From the IMG/VR virus record IMGVR_UViG_3300048925_000677, positions 53,569 through 117,568 of that record: a stretch of 64,000 bases of DNA. One strand, 5' to 3'. Source of the stretch: a virus. Its lineage: Duplodnaviria > Heunggongvirae > Uroviricota > Caudoviricetes. Below the pieces are notes generated by a model. That model saw only the letters and a list, made by a program, of their open reading frames with translations. It was not told where the DNA came from and made no database searches. Of the stretch, positions 34,697 through 43,698 are shown in pieces. A program made the position numbers and the translations under genes. How positions within the stretch are numbered: the first letter of the stretch is position 1; the number at the start of each line of letters is the position of its first letter.

Positions 34697-35419
34697 TCAG
34701 AACGGCGGCTCTTCGTCGAAGTTCGCGTTGCCGGAGACGGTTTCGGCCTGCGGCGGCTCGTCCTGGTCGTCCTTCGCGCCGACCGAGGAGGACAAGAACC
34801 GCTGCAGATCCTCGTCGAGGGCGATGGCCGATTCGAGGTCCGCCTCACCGACCTGCCAGGACTCGAAGATGGGCGAGAAGTACTTGTTCGAGCCCTTCTT
34901 CATCCCCTCCCAGCCAATGATGGCCAGGCCCGGGTCGCGGTCGAAGGACTTGCCCTTCTTGAAGTCGAAGAACGCGGAGACGCCGGCGCCGATCAGCTTG
35001 ACGTTGCCCAGCCTCCACTCGCCGCCGTCGTTGTAGGCAAGGTAGATGCTGTTGCCGAACTTGCCACCGTCGCCCTTGAGGACGTCCTTGATCTCCTCGT
35101 ACAGACCGCGGCGAAGGACGCCGTCGCGGGTCTTGACGACGAACTCCTCGTTGCGGGTGGAGCGGACCTCGTTGCTCCAGATGCCGGAGGACTTGGCGTC
35201 GCTGTAGCCGCCGATGACCGACAGAACGTCCAGGACGATGACCTTGAACGGCGAATCGGCCTCGTACTGCTTACCCTCCTCCCACGCGCCGGCGGGGCCG
35301 GTGACGACGACGTTGTCCTTGGCGTCGGAGTCGTAGTAGGTGACCGATCCGGCGGCCAGCTTCAGTTCGAAGCGACGCTGGACGGGAGAGGTGGTACCGC
35401 GGGGTTTGCTGAGACTCAT
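34697..35419 (-). CDS. SSB-like protein with C-terminal acidic DEEPPF tail
   Basis: 240 aa ending ..NANFDEEPPF, the mycobacterial-type SSB C-terminal tip. The N-terminal region is not obviously a canonical OB fold. Confidence 0.5.
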   Translation of the reverse strand: MSLSKPRGTTSPVQRRFELKLAAGSVTYYDSDAKDNVVVTGPAGAWEEGKQYEADSPFKVIVLDVLSVIGGYSDAKSSGIWSNEVRSTRNEEFVVKTRDGVLRRGLYEEIKDVLKGDGGKFGNSIYLAYNDGGEWRLGNVKLIGAGVSAFFDFKKGKSFDRDPGLAIIGWEGMKKGSNKYFSPIFESWQVGEADLESAIALDEDLQRFLSSSVGAKDDQDEPPQAETVSGNANFDEEPPF

Positions 35420-35430
35420 GTATCTCTTTC

Positions 35431-35691
35431 CTAGAGAAGGATTTCGACGCTGACCGGTTGGCCGGCGCTGTTCAATTTGATTTCGATTGCGGAGTGGTCA
35501 TACAGGGCGGTCTCGGCGACTTCGTCGTTCGAGAACGTCAAGGTGATGGCACCGACGATTTCGTCGACCTCGACGTGGGGGAATCCGCCATTGCGGGTTT
35601 CGATCACAGGACGATCTCGATGTCCTGAAAGACGTCGACGACTCGCGTCCACTTCGAGATGGTGTAATGCCCAACCTCGGTTAGGCGCCAT
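35431..35691 (-). CDS. hypothetical protein
   Basis: 86-aa ORF. Confidence 0.35.
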   Translation of the reverse strand: MAPNRGWALHHLEVDASRRRLSGHRDRPVIETRNGGFPHVEVDEIVGAITLTFSNDEVAETALYDHSAIEIKLNSAGQPVSVEILL

Positions 35692-35867
35692 GGGCCGTTG
35701 GGCCGCACCGCGACAGCGTGCACCAGGTCGTGGGATACGTCGTCGTGGTTCGGGTAGGAGACGTTGATCGCGAGGCCCGTGCTGGTGAGCGTTGCCCTGA
35801 CCGACTTGGAACCAATCTCCTTGAGGCCGTTCTTCGTCCGCTTATACAGCTTGCAGTGGAGAATCAT
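35604..35867 (-). CDS. hypothetical protein
   Basis: 87-aa ORF. Confidence 0.4.
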   Translation of the reverse strand: MILHCKLYKRTKNGLKEIGSKSVRATLTSTGLAINVSYPNHDDVSHDLVHAVAVRPNGPWRLTEVGHYTISKWTRVVDVFQDIEIVL

Positions 35868-36100
35868 TTGCCGTCCTCGCGGGACGCGTGGCCCTGTTCA
35901 TAGCCGGTGTCGAAGCCGTCCTGCCACTGCTGGTCGAACAACTCGCTGAGGCGATCCCATCGTCGCTGGATCTCATCGGGCAGCGAGGCCCAGAGCGGAT
36001 CGTGCGATTCGCGGTACTCGTAGTAGAGGTCGATACCGGTCACAGGATGCCCTGAATCTTCCAGAGCGCGTACGAGATCCAGGCGGTGATGATCTCCCAA
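35864..36100 (-). CDS. hypothetical protein
   Basis: 78-aa ORF, ATGA-coupled. Confidence 0.4.
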   Translation of the reverse strand: MGDHHRLDLVRALEDSGHPVTGIDLYYEYRESHDPLWASLPDEIQRRWDRLSELFDQQWQDGFDTGYEQGHASREDGK

Positions 36101-36119
36101 CAGGTGGGAGGGGAGTCAC

Positions 36120-36428
36120 TCACGCGTAGAACTTCTCGGGGCTCGTCGGGTGCTTGTCCGGGCTGTACACAACCTGCCATCCGTCGACCCGGTCATTCGA
36201 GTAGATGACACCCCTCGGCGTGTAGTCGGTGTTCGGGATGTGCAGCCAGCCTTCTGGGGTCTTGATTGCCATGTCGGCATGCGCGTACGCGCGCAGGATT
36301 GTTCCGTCGCGGCGTACCGGCGTCGGGGCGGTCACCAGGTCCAGAATGTCCTGAACTTGACGCCCAGTAAGGCCGACCTGTTGAGCGATGCGGTTGGCCT
36401 TGTTGGTAACTGTCACTGCATTCCCCAA
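36120..36428 (-). CDS. hypothetical protein
   Basis: 102-aa ORF. Confidence 0.45.
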   Translation of the reverse strand: MGNAVTVTNKANRIAQQVGLTGRQVQDILDLVTAPTPVRRDGTILRAYAHADMAIKTPEGWLHIPNTDYTPRGVIYSNDRVDGWQVVYSPDKHPTSPEKFYA

Positions 36429-37279
36429 TCTCGGGTGTGAATGTCGATCAACCAGTCGTTGATCCGGTCATAATCGGGTTCGTTTGGAAGCGAGGTCTCA
36501 AATTCAGCCTCTTGAATCCTCCTGCGCCACAGCGCAATCTCTTCCAACGCGTCGTCAATCGTGTACTCGCCGTTGCGCACCGCCATGAGGAACTCTCGCG
36601 GGCCATCGGCCATTGGAAGAGTCATCGCGCCGGTCGTGAGCAACTCGTAGCCCTGGATGAGGAGTCGGATCGTGTGCATCCCGGCCTTCGTGTCCCAGCC
36701 GTGCTTAGCGATCAACTCGGGCCGATTGGTCCGCGGCGCCTTTTTACCGGTGAACTGAGCTTCCATGCCGTTCGCGTAGCCGATGTGGCGGGCCGCCAGC
36801 CTCCGCGACAGGAACATCTGACGGTTATCCCGCAACCCGATCTCATCGGGGTGGAACAACAGGCGAGTGAACAACAAGGTCAGCACCGTCGGATTGCCGT
36901 CGGCGGCCAGCTTGGCGTATTTGCGGAGGCTGTAGAACGTGCCCTCAGTGTCGCCGGCGGACGCCTTGACACCCTCCTCGCGGCCAGAGTCCTTCAATGC
37001 GCCCGTGGCCTTGTCGATCCCGATCACGGCCTCAGCAGAGTCGAGGTAGATTCCGATGAAGTCGTGATCGGAGGTGGGGACGTTCAGCCCGTGGGCGAAT
37101 GAGCCCACTTCGCCGATGATGACCGGCTTGACATCTTGTCTCAGTGCATGAATTCCTAACCGACCGCGATGATCCCGGCCGAGTACTCGTCGGCGGTCAT
37201 CCTGCAGTCGCAGTTGGTGCAGAAGATGGTGTCCGACCCGGCGTACTGGGCCAGGTTGCGGGTATCGCAGCCCGGGCAT
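36413..37279 (-). CDS. Pol-beta-superfamily nucleotidyltransferase
   Basis: GEVGSFAHGLNVPTSDHDFIGIY (GS..DxD) motif. Start uncertain: the only canonical start, ATG 37279, overlaps the upstream gene by ~120 nt. The antisense ORF 36437..37102 is judged spurious. Confidence 0.55.
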   Translation of the reverse strand: MPGLRYPQPGPVRRVGHHLLHQLRLQDDRRRVLGRDHRGRLGIHALRQDVKPVIIGEVGSFAHGLNVPTSDHDFIGIYLDSAEAVIGIDKATGALKDSGREEGVKASAGDTEGTFYSLRKYAKLAADGNPTVLTLLFTRLLFHPDEIGLRDNRQMFLSRRLAARHIGYANGMEAQFTGKKAPRTNRPELIAKHGWDTKAGMHTIRLLIQGYELLTTGAMTLPMADGPREFLMAVRNGEYTIDDALEEIALWRRRIQEAEFETSLPNEPDYDRINDWLIDIHTRDWGMQ

Positions 37280-37689
37280 TTGGCGAATCGCCGAGTCTGC
37301 TTGCGGGAGATGCCGATGATTCCGTCGGCCTGATTCCAGGCCGCGCCGACCAGGAGGGCCCTGGCCACGCCGTGCTCGTGGCGAATCAGGTCAGCGATCC
37401 GCAGGCCGCCGATGTCGTCGAGCAGCCAGGCCACCAGGTCGATAACATCGACGCAGTGGACATTCAGCGGGACCGGCGCCTCGCCTTTGCCCTTCGTGAC
37501 CTTGGCTTCGTCTGACGTTCCCCATAAGCCGCCCTTGAACATCGGGAGGACCCTGAGGATGGCGGGCAGCTCGTCGTATTGGGCCTGCAGCCTTTCCACG
37601 CATCCATGGCACAGCGGTTGAGCGGTGACGGCCGATCCGTCTGGGGTGGTCGCTACGCAGCGGTCACCCGCCAGGCAGCGGTCGTTCAC
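37156..37689 (-). CDS. hypothetical Cys-rich protein
   Basis: 177 aa; CHGC, CPGC, CTNCDC clusters. Confidence 0.45.
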   Translation of the reverse strand: MNDRCLAGDRCVATTPDGSAVTAQPLCHGCVERLQAQYDELPAILRVLPMFKGGLWGTSDEAKVTKGKGEAPVPLNVHCVDVIDLVAWLLDDIGGLRIADLIRHEHGVARALLVGAAWNQADGIIGISRKQTRRFAKCPGCDTRNLAQYAGSDTIFCTNCDCRMTADEYSAGIIAVG

Positions 37690-37777
37690 GCGAACAGAAT
37701 CGCTAACACCAGGGCAACGACCAAGCAGGCCAGTAGCGGATTGTCATCCGCCCAGTTCAGGACTTTCTGGACAATTG

Positions 37778-38632
37778 TCACGCTGCCTCCTTGGCGTATC
37801 GCTCTTTCAGGGCGAGAGCCTTCAGACCCGGCCGCACTGGTATGCGCTGCCGCTGCAGAGCCCTCATGAGTGACCCGCACTTGATTCCCAACCGCTGGGC
37901 AATCCGCTCGTCGGTGAGCCCGACCTGGTCGCGCAACTCGATGTACTTCTCAACGAATGAGAGGTTGCGATCATTGACTTGAGCGGGCTGAGTATCGGGA
38001 TCGTCAATAGCGTCCTCATCCCAAGCCATGGGGGGCTCCCAGCCTTGATTGATGGCCCGGGTTCGCATCCGCATGGCGCCATTGGTGTGCAGGATTGGAT
38101 CGTCGGCCGCAGTCATCTGCAACTCATCAAAAACCGCCTTGATGGCCGCCGCGGTTGCGGCCCGAACGTAGTCGACCCGCAGGTTGATGATGATGTTGAT
38201 CTGCTCGACCCGAAGGCCGGTGCGCTCAGCGAGGAGTAGCTGCATAAAGCCCATGCGGCACAGCGCTTGAAGACGTCGGGCCGAGCCGATAGCCGGCAGC
38301 CAGGCCGTCGGCCGCGCGGTATCAGCATCGTCGGCCCGGACCGCGAGAATCATCTTCTCGTTGTGGGCCTGGATGCGCTTCTTGCGACCCATCAAGATGC
38401 GCCCGACGCTGTCCTGTGTGAGGCCGGTCTGCTCCGCGATCCGGACGTTCGTGACGCCCCGCTCGCGCAGCCACTTCATGTGAGCGATAGCCCTGGCCGG
38501 ATCAACCCACCCGGATACGGTGCGCCCCCTCGCGCGTTGCACCGCCCGCCAATGCGTCTGGCAACGCCCCGCACCTCCATTCATCGCAGCGTTCTTGCAT
38601 TTCCCGCTGCTGCAGGTCCCGCTCGTAGTCAC
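37778..38632 (-). CDS. multi-HTH DNA-binding protein
   Basis: 284 aa with at least three HTH-like repeats (IAEQTGLTQDSVGRIL; LAERTGLRVEQINII; IAQRLGIKCGSLMRAL). Confidence 0.5.
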   Translation of the reverse strand: MTTSGTCSSGKCKNAAMNGGAGRCQTHWRAVQRARGRTVSGWVDPARAIAHMKWLRERGVTNVRIAEQTGLTQDSVGRILMGRKKRIQAHNEKMILAVRADDADTARPTAWLPAIGSARRLQALCRMGFMQLLLAERTGLRVEQINIIINLRVDYVRAATAAAIKAVFDELQMTAADDPILHTNGAMRMRTRAINQGWEPPMAWDEDAIDDPDTQPAQVNDRNLSFVEKYIELRDQVGLTDERIAQRLGIKCGSLMRALQRQRIPVRPGLKALALKERYAKEAA

Positions 38633-38877
38633 GCCGCGGCGGCTTGGTTGCTCACCGGGCCGAACTTGGCGTTGCGCTCCGATGCCGTTGTCCCGCCCCA
38701 GATGTGGTTGCGTTCATAGGCGGTCTCCTCGAACTCCAGGCACTTGGCCAGACACGCCTCGCGCACCGGGCACTGCGTGTTGCAGATCCGCTTCGCCTTG
38801 AGGTAGTCACCGCCGCCGCCGGCGGTGAACCAGAGCTTCTGCTCTTCGGGCAGGTCTTTGCATGCTGGAGCCGCCAA
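38629..38877 (-). CDS. whiB: WhiB-family transcription factor
   Basis: 82 aa; four Cys (CNTQCPVREACLAKC) plus WGG turn motif. Confidence 0.7.
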   Translation of the reverse strand: MAAPACKDLPEEQKLWFTAGGGGDYLKAKRICNTQCPVREACLAKCLEFEETAYERNHIWGGTTASERNAKFGPVSNQAAAA

Positions 38878-38881
38878 CGAC

Positions 38882-39388
38882 TCACTCCTCCGTGTGGTTG
38901 GGAACGATTCGCTCCCCGATCACGGCAACGGCCGGCGGGGAGCGTAGATATTCGATTGCCCGCTCGAAGAACTCGATCTCGTCGCGGGCATGGCCGAGCA
39001 CATCGGCATTGCAGGGGTTGCACAGCAGTCCGCGTACCATGCCGGTCTCGTGGTCGTGATCGACACAGAGCGGCTTCGACAACCCCTTGGCCCGTCGGCA
39101 GATGTAGCAGGCGCCGCCCTGGGCTTTCAGGATGGCGTCGTACTCCTCGGCCGTGATGCCGTAGGTCGCTGTCCAGCGCCGCTCCCGGGCGTTCTGGCGC
39201 GTCTGCTTCTTGCGTGCGCGCTGATGGGTTACGCATCGACCGCCCGGCACTTGATTGCCGTTCTTGTCGAGTGCGGGAACTCTTTTCGAAGTGATGCCCT
39301 CCTCGACGCAATCGCAGCAGGGCTTCAGATCGGTCAGGCGGTCTTGCCGTTCAGGGCAGCCTGCAGGCTCTTGGCCAGCTTCGCCCAA
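38882..39388 (-). CDS. endonuclease VII-like (HNH-type) recombination endonuclease
   Basis: CYICRR..LCVDHDHETGMVRGLLCNPCN signature. Confidence 0.65.
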   Translation of the reverse strand: MGEAGQEPAGCPERQDRLTDLKPCCDCVEEGITSKRVPALDKNGNQVPGGRCVTHQRARKKQTRQNARERRWTATYGITAEEYDAILKAQGGACYICRRAKGLSKPLCVDHDHETGMVRGLLCNPCNADVLGHARDEIEFFERAIEYLRSPPAVAVIGERIVPNHTEE

Positions 39389-39684
39389 TCAGGGGTATTC
39401 AAGTACTTACTCCGCTCTTCGAGGATGAGAAGCGCGCCAGCAATAACGCTCTCCTCGAACTCTTCTGGGGTGAGGATGCCGTCACCGTTGTCGCCCAGTT
39501 TCCAACTGTCCGACCACTGCGCGAGTGGGAAGTTCAACCAACCGCGGCGAGTGAGAGTGACGCTGAATCTGTGAAAGCCAAAGCTTTCCTGAATGCCAAC
39601 CCGCCAGTCATACCCCTCGGGGGTCTCGGCTCGGATCTGCGCGATGGCCTTGGCTGCGATTTCGGGGGTGAATTCATCGCTCAC
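39334..39684 (-). CDS. hypothetical protein
   Basis: ORF 39334..39738 trimmed to GTG 39684 (GTGA overlap); VSDEFTPEIAAKAIAQIR... Confidence 0.4.
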   Translation of the reverse strand: MSDEFTPEIAAKAIAQIRAETPEGYDWRVGIQESFGFHRFSVTLTRRGWLNFPLAQWSDSWKLGDNGDGILTPEEFEESVIAGALLILEERSKYLNTPDWAKLAKSLQAALNGKTA

Positions 39685-39956
39685 TCCATGCCTCCCAGCG
39701 CTTCGATGACTTTGCGGGCGCCGACAACACGGGCGCACGCCGCGGCGAGAGCGTTCATGTTGCCGCCGGACCCCGCGAAGATGTCGACCTCTCGGCCCAT
39801 CTCCTGCTCCAACTCCAGGAGGATCGCCTTGGCGGCCTCAACTCGGGAGTCGCGATGCTCGACTTCGTGAATCAGATCTCGTAGCAAGATGCTCAAGTCG
39901 TCGGAAACCGTGCCTCCGTCGCGGACCATCTGGGCGATTTCGAGAAGGTCGCTCAT
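39681..39956 (-). CDS. hypothetical protein
   Basis: 91-aa ORF, ATGA-coupled. Confidence 0.45.
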   Translation of the reverse strand: MSDLLEIAQMVRDGGTVSDDLSILLRDLIHEVEHRDSRVEAAKAILLELEQEMGREVDIFAGSGGNMNALAAACARVVGARKVIEALGGME

Positions 39957-40279
39957 TGGTGAATCCCCTCATGCCCCTTGAGTAACTTGCAGGTCTTGCC
40001 GTAGGCCTTGAACTTGCACAGGTCGGCCGCGGCCACCCAGTCCTGGTCGATGAACTCGACCGTTGGGACGCCGTCGTTGAAGTGGATCTTCGCGGCGCGC
40101 GCCCCGTACCCGGCCTTCTTGAACCGGCCCCACTGGGCCTTCGCCTTACCCGGAGTGTTGTACATGCGCGCCGGCGGCTTGTAGGCGTACGAGCCGGTGT
40201 AGCTGCCGGTGTCGAGGGTTCCGTCGGCCTTCAGCTTGAAGACGACGAACAGGCCCTCACCCTGCGGGTTGTAATGCAT
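39953..40279 (-). CDS. hypothetical protein
   Basis: 108-aa ORF. Confidence 0.45.
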   Translation of the reverse strand: MHYNPQGEGLFVVFKLKADGTLDTGSYTGSYAYKPPARMYNTPGKAKAQWGRFKKAGYGARAAKIHFNDGVPTVEFIDQDWVAAADLCKFKAYGKTCKLLKGHEGIHQ

Positions 40280-40908
40280 CAGGTACCCGCCATCAGCTCG
40301 TGGTAGTTGAACTTGGTCCCGAGGGCGTCGATGATCGACACTTGATCACCCTTCAGTCCCAGTACACGGCCGTCGTAAATACGGGCATACTTCTGCACGG
40401 TCGTCTCGTCGAGCACGAAAGCCCTTCCGAGGTCGGTGATCCGCCACCAGCCGGCCTTGCCGCCGTCCGGCCGAGGTTCTGGAACCTCCTCGATCAAGCC
40501 CCACCACGACAGTTGACTGAACTCGTGGGTCTCGCTCTTTACCAACGACGCACTGTGCGCGAAACTCTGCCCGACCAACCGAAACTGCTTGATCAGGCCG
40601 CGGGCCATCGGTGAGGTGATCTTGCGCCGGTACACCTTGGCGAACTGGCTGCAGCAGGGGCACGGGGCGCCGTCGTCAACGCGCTTACGGAGCGCGGCCT
40701 TCGCCTGCTCCAGGGTGATGGTCACGCGTACCACTCCCGTTCGCCGGCGGCGTTGTGCAGATTGCCCTGGTGCGTGCCGTGGATTCTTGTGTTCAGTGGG
40801 ACCGACGTGACGTACGTGCCCTCCACATGCACAACGACGTGCGGGTGCTTCCGGTCGCGGTCGAGGTAGACGATCTGGCCGCGGTGTGGTGCCGCCATCA
40901 GAAATCAC
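40279..40908 (-). CDS. hypothetical protein (start uncertain)
   Basis: 209-aa ORF. The Arg/Pro-rich N-terminus looks non-coding; the C-terminal 150 aa are convincing. Confidence 0.4.
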   Translation of the reverse strand: MISDGGTTPRPDRLPRPRPEAPARRCACGGHVRHVGPTEHKNPRHAPGQSAQRRRRTGVVRVTITLEQAKAALRKRVDDGAPCPCCSQFAKVYRRKITSPMARGLIKQFRLVGQSFAHSASLVKSETHEFSQLSWWGLIEEVPEPRPDGGKAGWWRITDLGRAFVLDETTVQKYARIYDGRVLGLKGDQVSIIDALGTKFNYHELMAGT

Positions 40909-41830
40909 CTTCCGCGACCTGGGCGCAGTTCAGTCCGAGTTGACGCCACATGTCCACGACCTGATCTCGGTCGTCGATCACGACCCGCACGTTGTACTTG
41001 CCGCGGATGTACTCGTTGAACAGGTGGTACTTCACCTGGTAGTCGGGAAGCTTGTTCCCGCTGGCGTCCTTGGCGTCCGCTGGCCGCATGATGAGCCGGT
41101 CGTAGGGAATGTTGTGCATGTCGAGCCAGCGCTCAGTGTCCACCCGACAGGTGTCATCGCGACCCGACATGAAGATGATGTCGACCGGGGCCTCGCCGTC
41201 GGCGCGCGGAGTGACGGTGTGGAAGATTGTCCGGACCAGCCACGCGATGTTCTCGTGGACGCTGTCCTGCAACACCTTCGAGTAGTCGAAGTGTGAGCGG
41301 ACACCGTCATGGTTGGCGACGGTGCCGTCAATATCGACGATCACGCAGTCGGGCAGGTCGTCCATGTACGGGACCGGCTCGATGATGAACGGCTCCGCGG
41401 TGATCACCGGACGCTTGGCGCGCTTGGCCTGCTGCTCGATGACCTTGTCGCCGACGTACCGGCCGCCGTCGAGCATCCGCTGGTGGTCGCGCTGGCGGCA
41501 GACCGCAGGGTCTTCGATGACGTCCACGACCTCGAACTCCACCGCCAGGCGGGTAGCCTCCTTGGCCCACTTGCGGACGTACGGAGCGTGCAGGTGAGTG
41601 GCATCCACCACGACAGATACCCCAGCCTTCAGGAACGCGAAGACCGAAGCCTGCTCGGCGATGGTCACGCGGTCCTCGTCGACCTTCTTGCCCGTCCAGT
41701 AGGAGCCCAGGAGTTGCTTGCGCAGGTCGTCCCGGCACACCACCACGGCGTCGTTCTCGTCGGCGATCTCGCGAGCCCGGGTGGATTTGCCCGACCCTGA
41801 GAGTCCGCGCATGACAAAGAGTTTGGTCAT
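40898..41830 (-). CDS. pnkp: polynucleotide kinase-phosphatase (P-loop kinase + HAD phosphatase)
   Basis: N-terminal GLSGSGKST Walker A; C-terminal VIVDIDGTV DxDGT HAD motif and later VVIDDRD. Confidence 0.75.
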   Translation of the reverse strand: MTKLFVMRGLSGSGKSTRAREIADENDAVVVCRDDLRKQLLGSYWTGKKVDEDRVTIAEQASVFAFLKAGVSVVVDATHLHAPYVRKWAKEATRLAVEFEVVDVIEDPAVCRQRDHQRMLDGGRYVGDKVIEQQAKRAKRPVITAEPFIIEPVPYMDDLPDCVIVDIDGTVANHDGVRSHFDYSKVLQDSVHENIAWLVRTIFHTVTPRADGEAPVDIIFMSGRDDTCRVDTERWLDMHNIPYDRLIMRPADAKDASGNKLPDYQVKYHLFNEYIRGKYNVRVVIDDRDQVVDMWRQLGLNCAQVAEGDF

Positions 41831-42177
41831 CGTGCATCTCCCACGTTCGGGTCGGTGCAGTCCGGGAATCGCTCCCCGATATTGCAGCGCTCATAGTCGA
41901 GTTGGGTAACCTCGCGCCATCCCGTCTTGTCGCGGTCGTCGCTGCGGGTGTTCTGCAGCTTCAATCGCCACGAATCCGGCCATGGGATGATTTGCGCCGA
42001 CGTCGTGAAGCAGGTGGAAGGATTACCTGAGCAAGTCGTGCTGCCCGGGATGATCTGAATCCACGCCGGGGTGTACTCGCCGTCGATCACGTAGCCCTCA
42101 ACGGGCGGCTTGGCGCAGCCCACCAGCGCGAGTCCGGCGATCATCGTTATGGCGAGTCGCTTCATGTTGAGATCCAC
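41827..42177 (-). CDS. secreted lipoprotein
   Basis: Signal peptide with lipobox LALVGC|A. Confidence 0.55.
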   Translation of the reverse strand: MDLNMKRLAITMIAGLALVGCAKPPVEGYVIDGEYTPAWIQIIPGSTTCSGNPSTCFTTSAQIIPWPDSWRLKLQNTRSDDRDKTGWREVTQLDYERCNIGERFPDCTDPNVGDAR

Positions 42178-42836
42178 TGATCGATGAGTGCGTAGTTGGC
42201 CGGCAGCGACATTGGCGTGCGATCCCGGAGGATGAACGTCCCGTCCTTCTCACGAGGCTGTAAATGGGCCCAGTTGACGCCGACGCCGTGCAGCATGTCG
42301 TGCATGTCCCGCTGCTTTTTGCCTTGCAACTCTTTGTGAGAGAAGTGCGCGCCGGCCAACATCTGAAGGCTGTTGCGGTGCCAGTCCTGCTGGCGCCAGA
42401 TAAAGACATTCGGAGCGTCATCGCGAGGGACGTTGAACGCCCTAGCGTCGAACGTCGCTAGGCGTCCCTGGTCAACCAGGCCCGGCATCCGCCGGTTGAA
42501 GTGCGCGGTAAACAGGCTCGCCGACAGGCTGACAACCTTATTCAACTCGTAGCCGAACCAGCCCTGTGTATCAAGGTCGTCGTAATCGGTTAGCAGGAAT
42601 GTCGCCTCGTCGCTCTGGGTGTAGGCGAGCTTGAAGCCCTGCATGTCTCGCGAGGTGTCTATCGCAGCACCAACCATCGCGCCCATCAGAACGCTGTCGA
42701 ACGGGCGTCTGAAGCCCTTGGTGTAAGTGTGGAACGCCCGTCCGTCGACGCGAATGAGTAACGGGGACCGTGGAGTTAGGTGATGGTTGGATACCGATTC
42801 GTAGCGCTTGATTCGGTCGCCAAGACTGTCAGGCAT
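42162..42836 (-). CDS. Thg1-like protein (tRNA-His guanylyltransferase family, 3'-5' polymerase)
   Basis: ORF trimmed to ATG 42836 (MPDSLGDRIKRYE..). LLIRVDGRAFHTYTKGF motif. Confidence 0.6.
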   Translation of the reverse strand: MPDSLGDRIKRYESVSNHHLTPRSPLLIRVDGRAFHTYTKGFRRPFDSVLMGAMVGAAIDTSRDMQGFKLAYTQSDEATFLLTDYDDLDTQGWFGYELNKVVSLSASLFTAHFNRRMPGLVDQGRLATFDARAFNVPRDDAPNVFIWRQQDWHRNSLQMLAGAHFSHKELQGKKQRDMHDMLHGVGVNWAHLQPREKDGTFILRDRTPMSLPANYALIDQWIST

Positions 42837-42837
42837 G

Positions 42838-43149
42838 TCAGATCTTTCGGTAGCGGACCCAATCTCCGACTGCGGAGAACGTGTCGAGGCAATAGGCGCA
42901 CTCGATGTAGCCGCGGACCGCGAGGATGCGCTCAAGGACGGCCATGAGTCGGTTGTGACACTTCGTGCACTTGAACTGAGCCGGAATCTTCGGCTTGGTT
43001 GGACATTGATGCGAAAATGCCAGTACCCACTCGGCAGATGCCCCGCACGGCGGGATGTCAAGGTGGGCAACCCCTTCGCAGGGCAACTCCCGCTCCCACA
43101 TGGCCTCTAGGTCGGCGACGGGGACGCGCTCGATTAGCGGCGCGGTCAT
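42838..43149 (-). CDS. Cys-rich protein, paralog 1
   Basis: ORF trimmed to ATG 43149 (MTAPLIERVPVADLEAMWERELPCEG..). Confidence 0.45.
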   Translation of the reverse strand: MTAPLIERVPVADLEAMWERELPCEGVAHLDIPPCGASAEWVLAFSHQCPTKPKIPAQFKCTKCHNRLMAVLERILAVRGYIECAYCLDTFSAVGDWVRYRKI

Positions 43150-43430
43150 AGCGCTCGGTAGCATTCGTGAATCGGAGTATCTCCGCACGCCTCGCACGAA
43201 AGGCTCATGGTGCCTTTGTCGATGTGGGCCCGCAGCCACCGGGAGTAGCACTCGAAGCACTTGAAGTCCTCCGGCCCCGGGTCGCACGGGCACCGCAAGA
43301 TCATGGTGGCCGGCGCGTTATCCGGACAGGGGCGCTTCTCGGGGTAAATGTTTCCCCCGCAGGGCAATTCAATGGCGAACATCGCCTCAAGGTCGGCGAC
43401 GATATCGCGCTCAAGCAGTGGTGCTGACAT
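43146..43430 (-). CDS. Cys-rich protein, paralog 2
   Basis: MSAPLLERDIVADLEAMFAIELPCGG..: clear paralog of the downstream gene. Confidence 0.5.
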   Translation of the reverse strand: MSAPLLERDIVADLEAMFAIELPCGGNIYPEKRPCPDNAPATMILRCPCDPGPEDFKCFECYSRWLRAHIDKGTMSLSCEACGDTPIHECYRAL

Positions 43431-43698
43431 CCGGCGCCCCCTTCATGATTCGGCGGTAACCGCGGATGTACATCTGCCCGGGGTGCTCCTCTTCCCACTT
43501 CGTCATGCGACGTTCATGAGTGGCGAAATCTCGGGAGACGCTGAACAGAGCCGCGATAGCGGTTACCAGCCAGATGGTGCCGAGGAGGTCAATCACTTCA
43601 GCCCCTGCAGGTAGCGCGAGTACAGGACCGTGGTCCCGGCGGTGGATACGTTCATCGACCACTCTTTCGGGGACTCCACCTGCACTACGTGGTGGCAC
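43411..43698 (-). CDS. hypothetical membrane protein
   Basis: 95-aa ORF; TM segment IWLVTAIAALF. Confidence 0.35.
   Translation of the reverse strand: MPPRSAGGVPERVVDERIHRRDHGPVLALPAGAEVIDLLGTIWLVTAIAALFSVSRDFATHERRMTKWEEEHPGQMYIRGYRRIMKGAPDVSTTA

Noticed and set aside
36437-37102. 221-aa plus-strand ORF
   Set aside because: It is antisense to the nucleotidyltransferase gene, which has a clear GS..DxD motif. Its Arg/Gly/Val-rich composition is typical of antisense frames in high-GC DNA.
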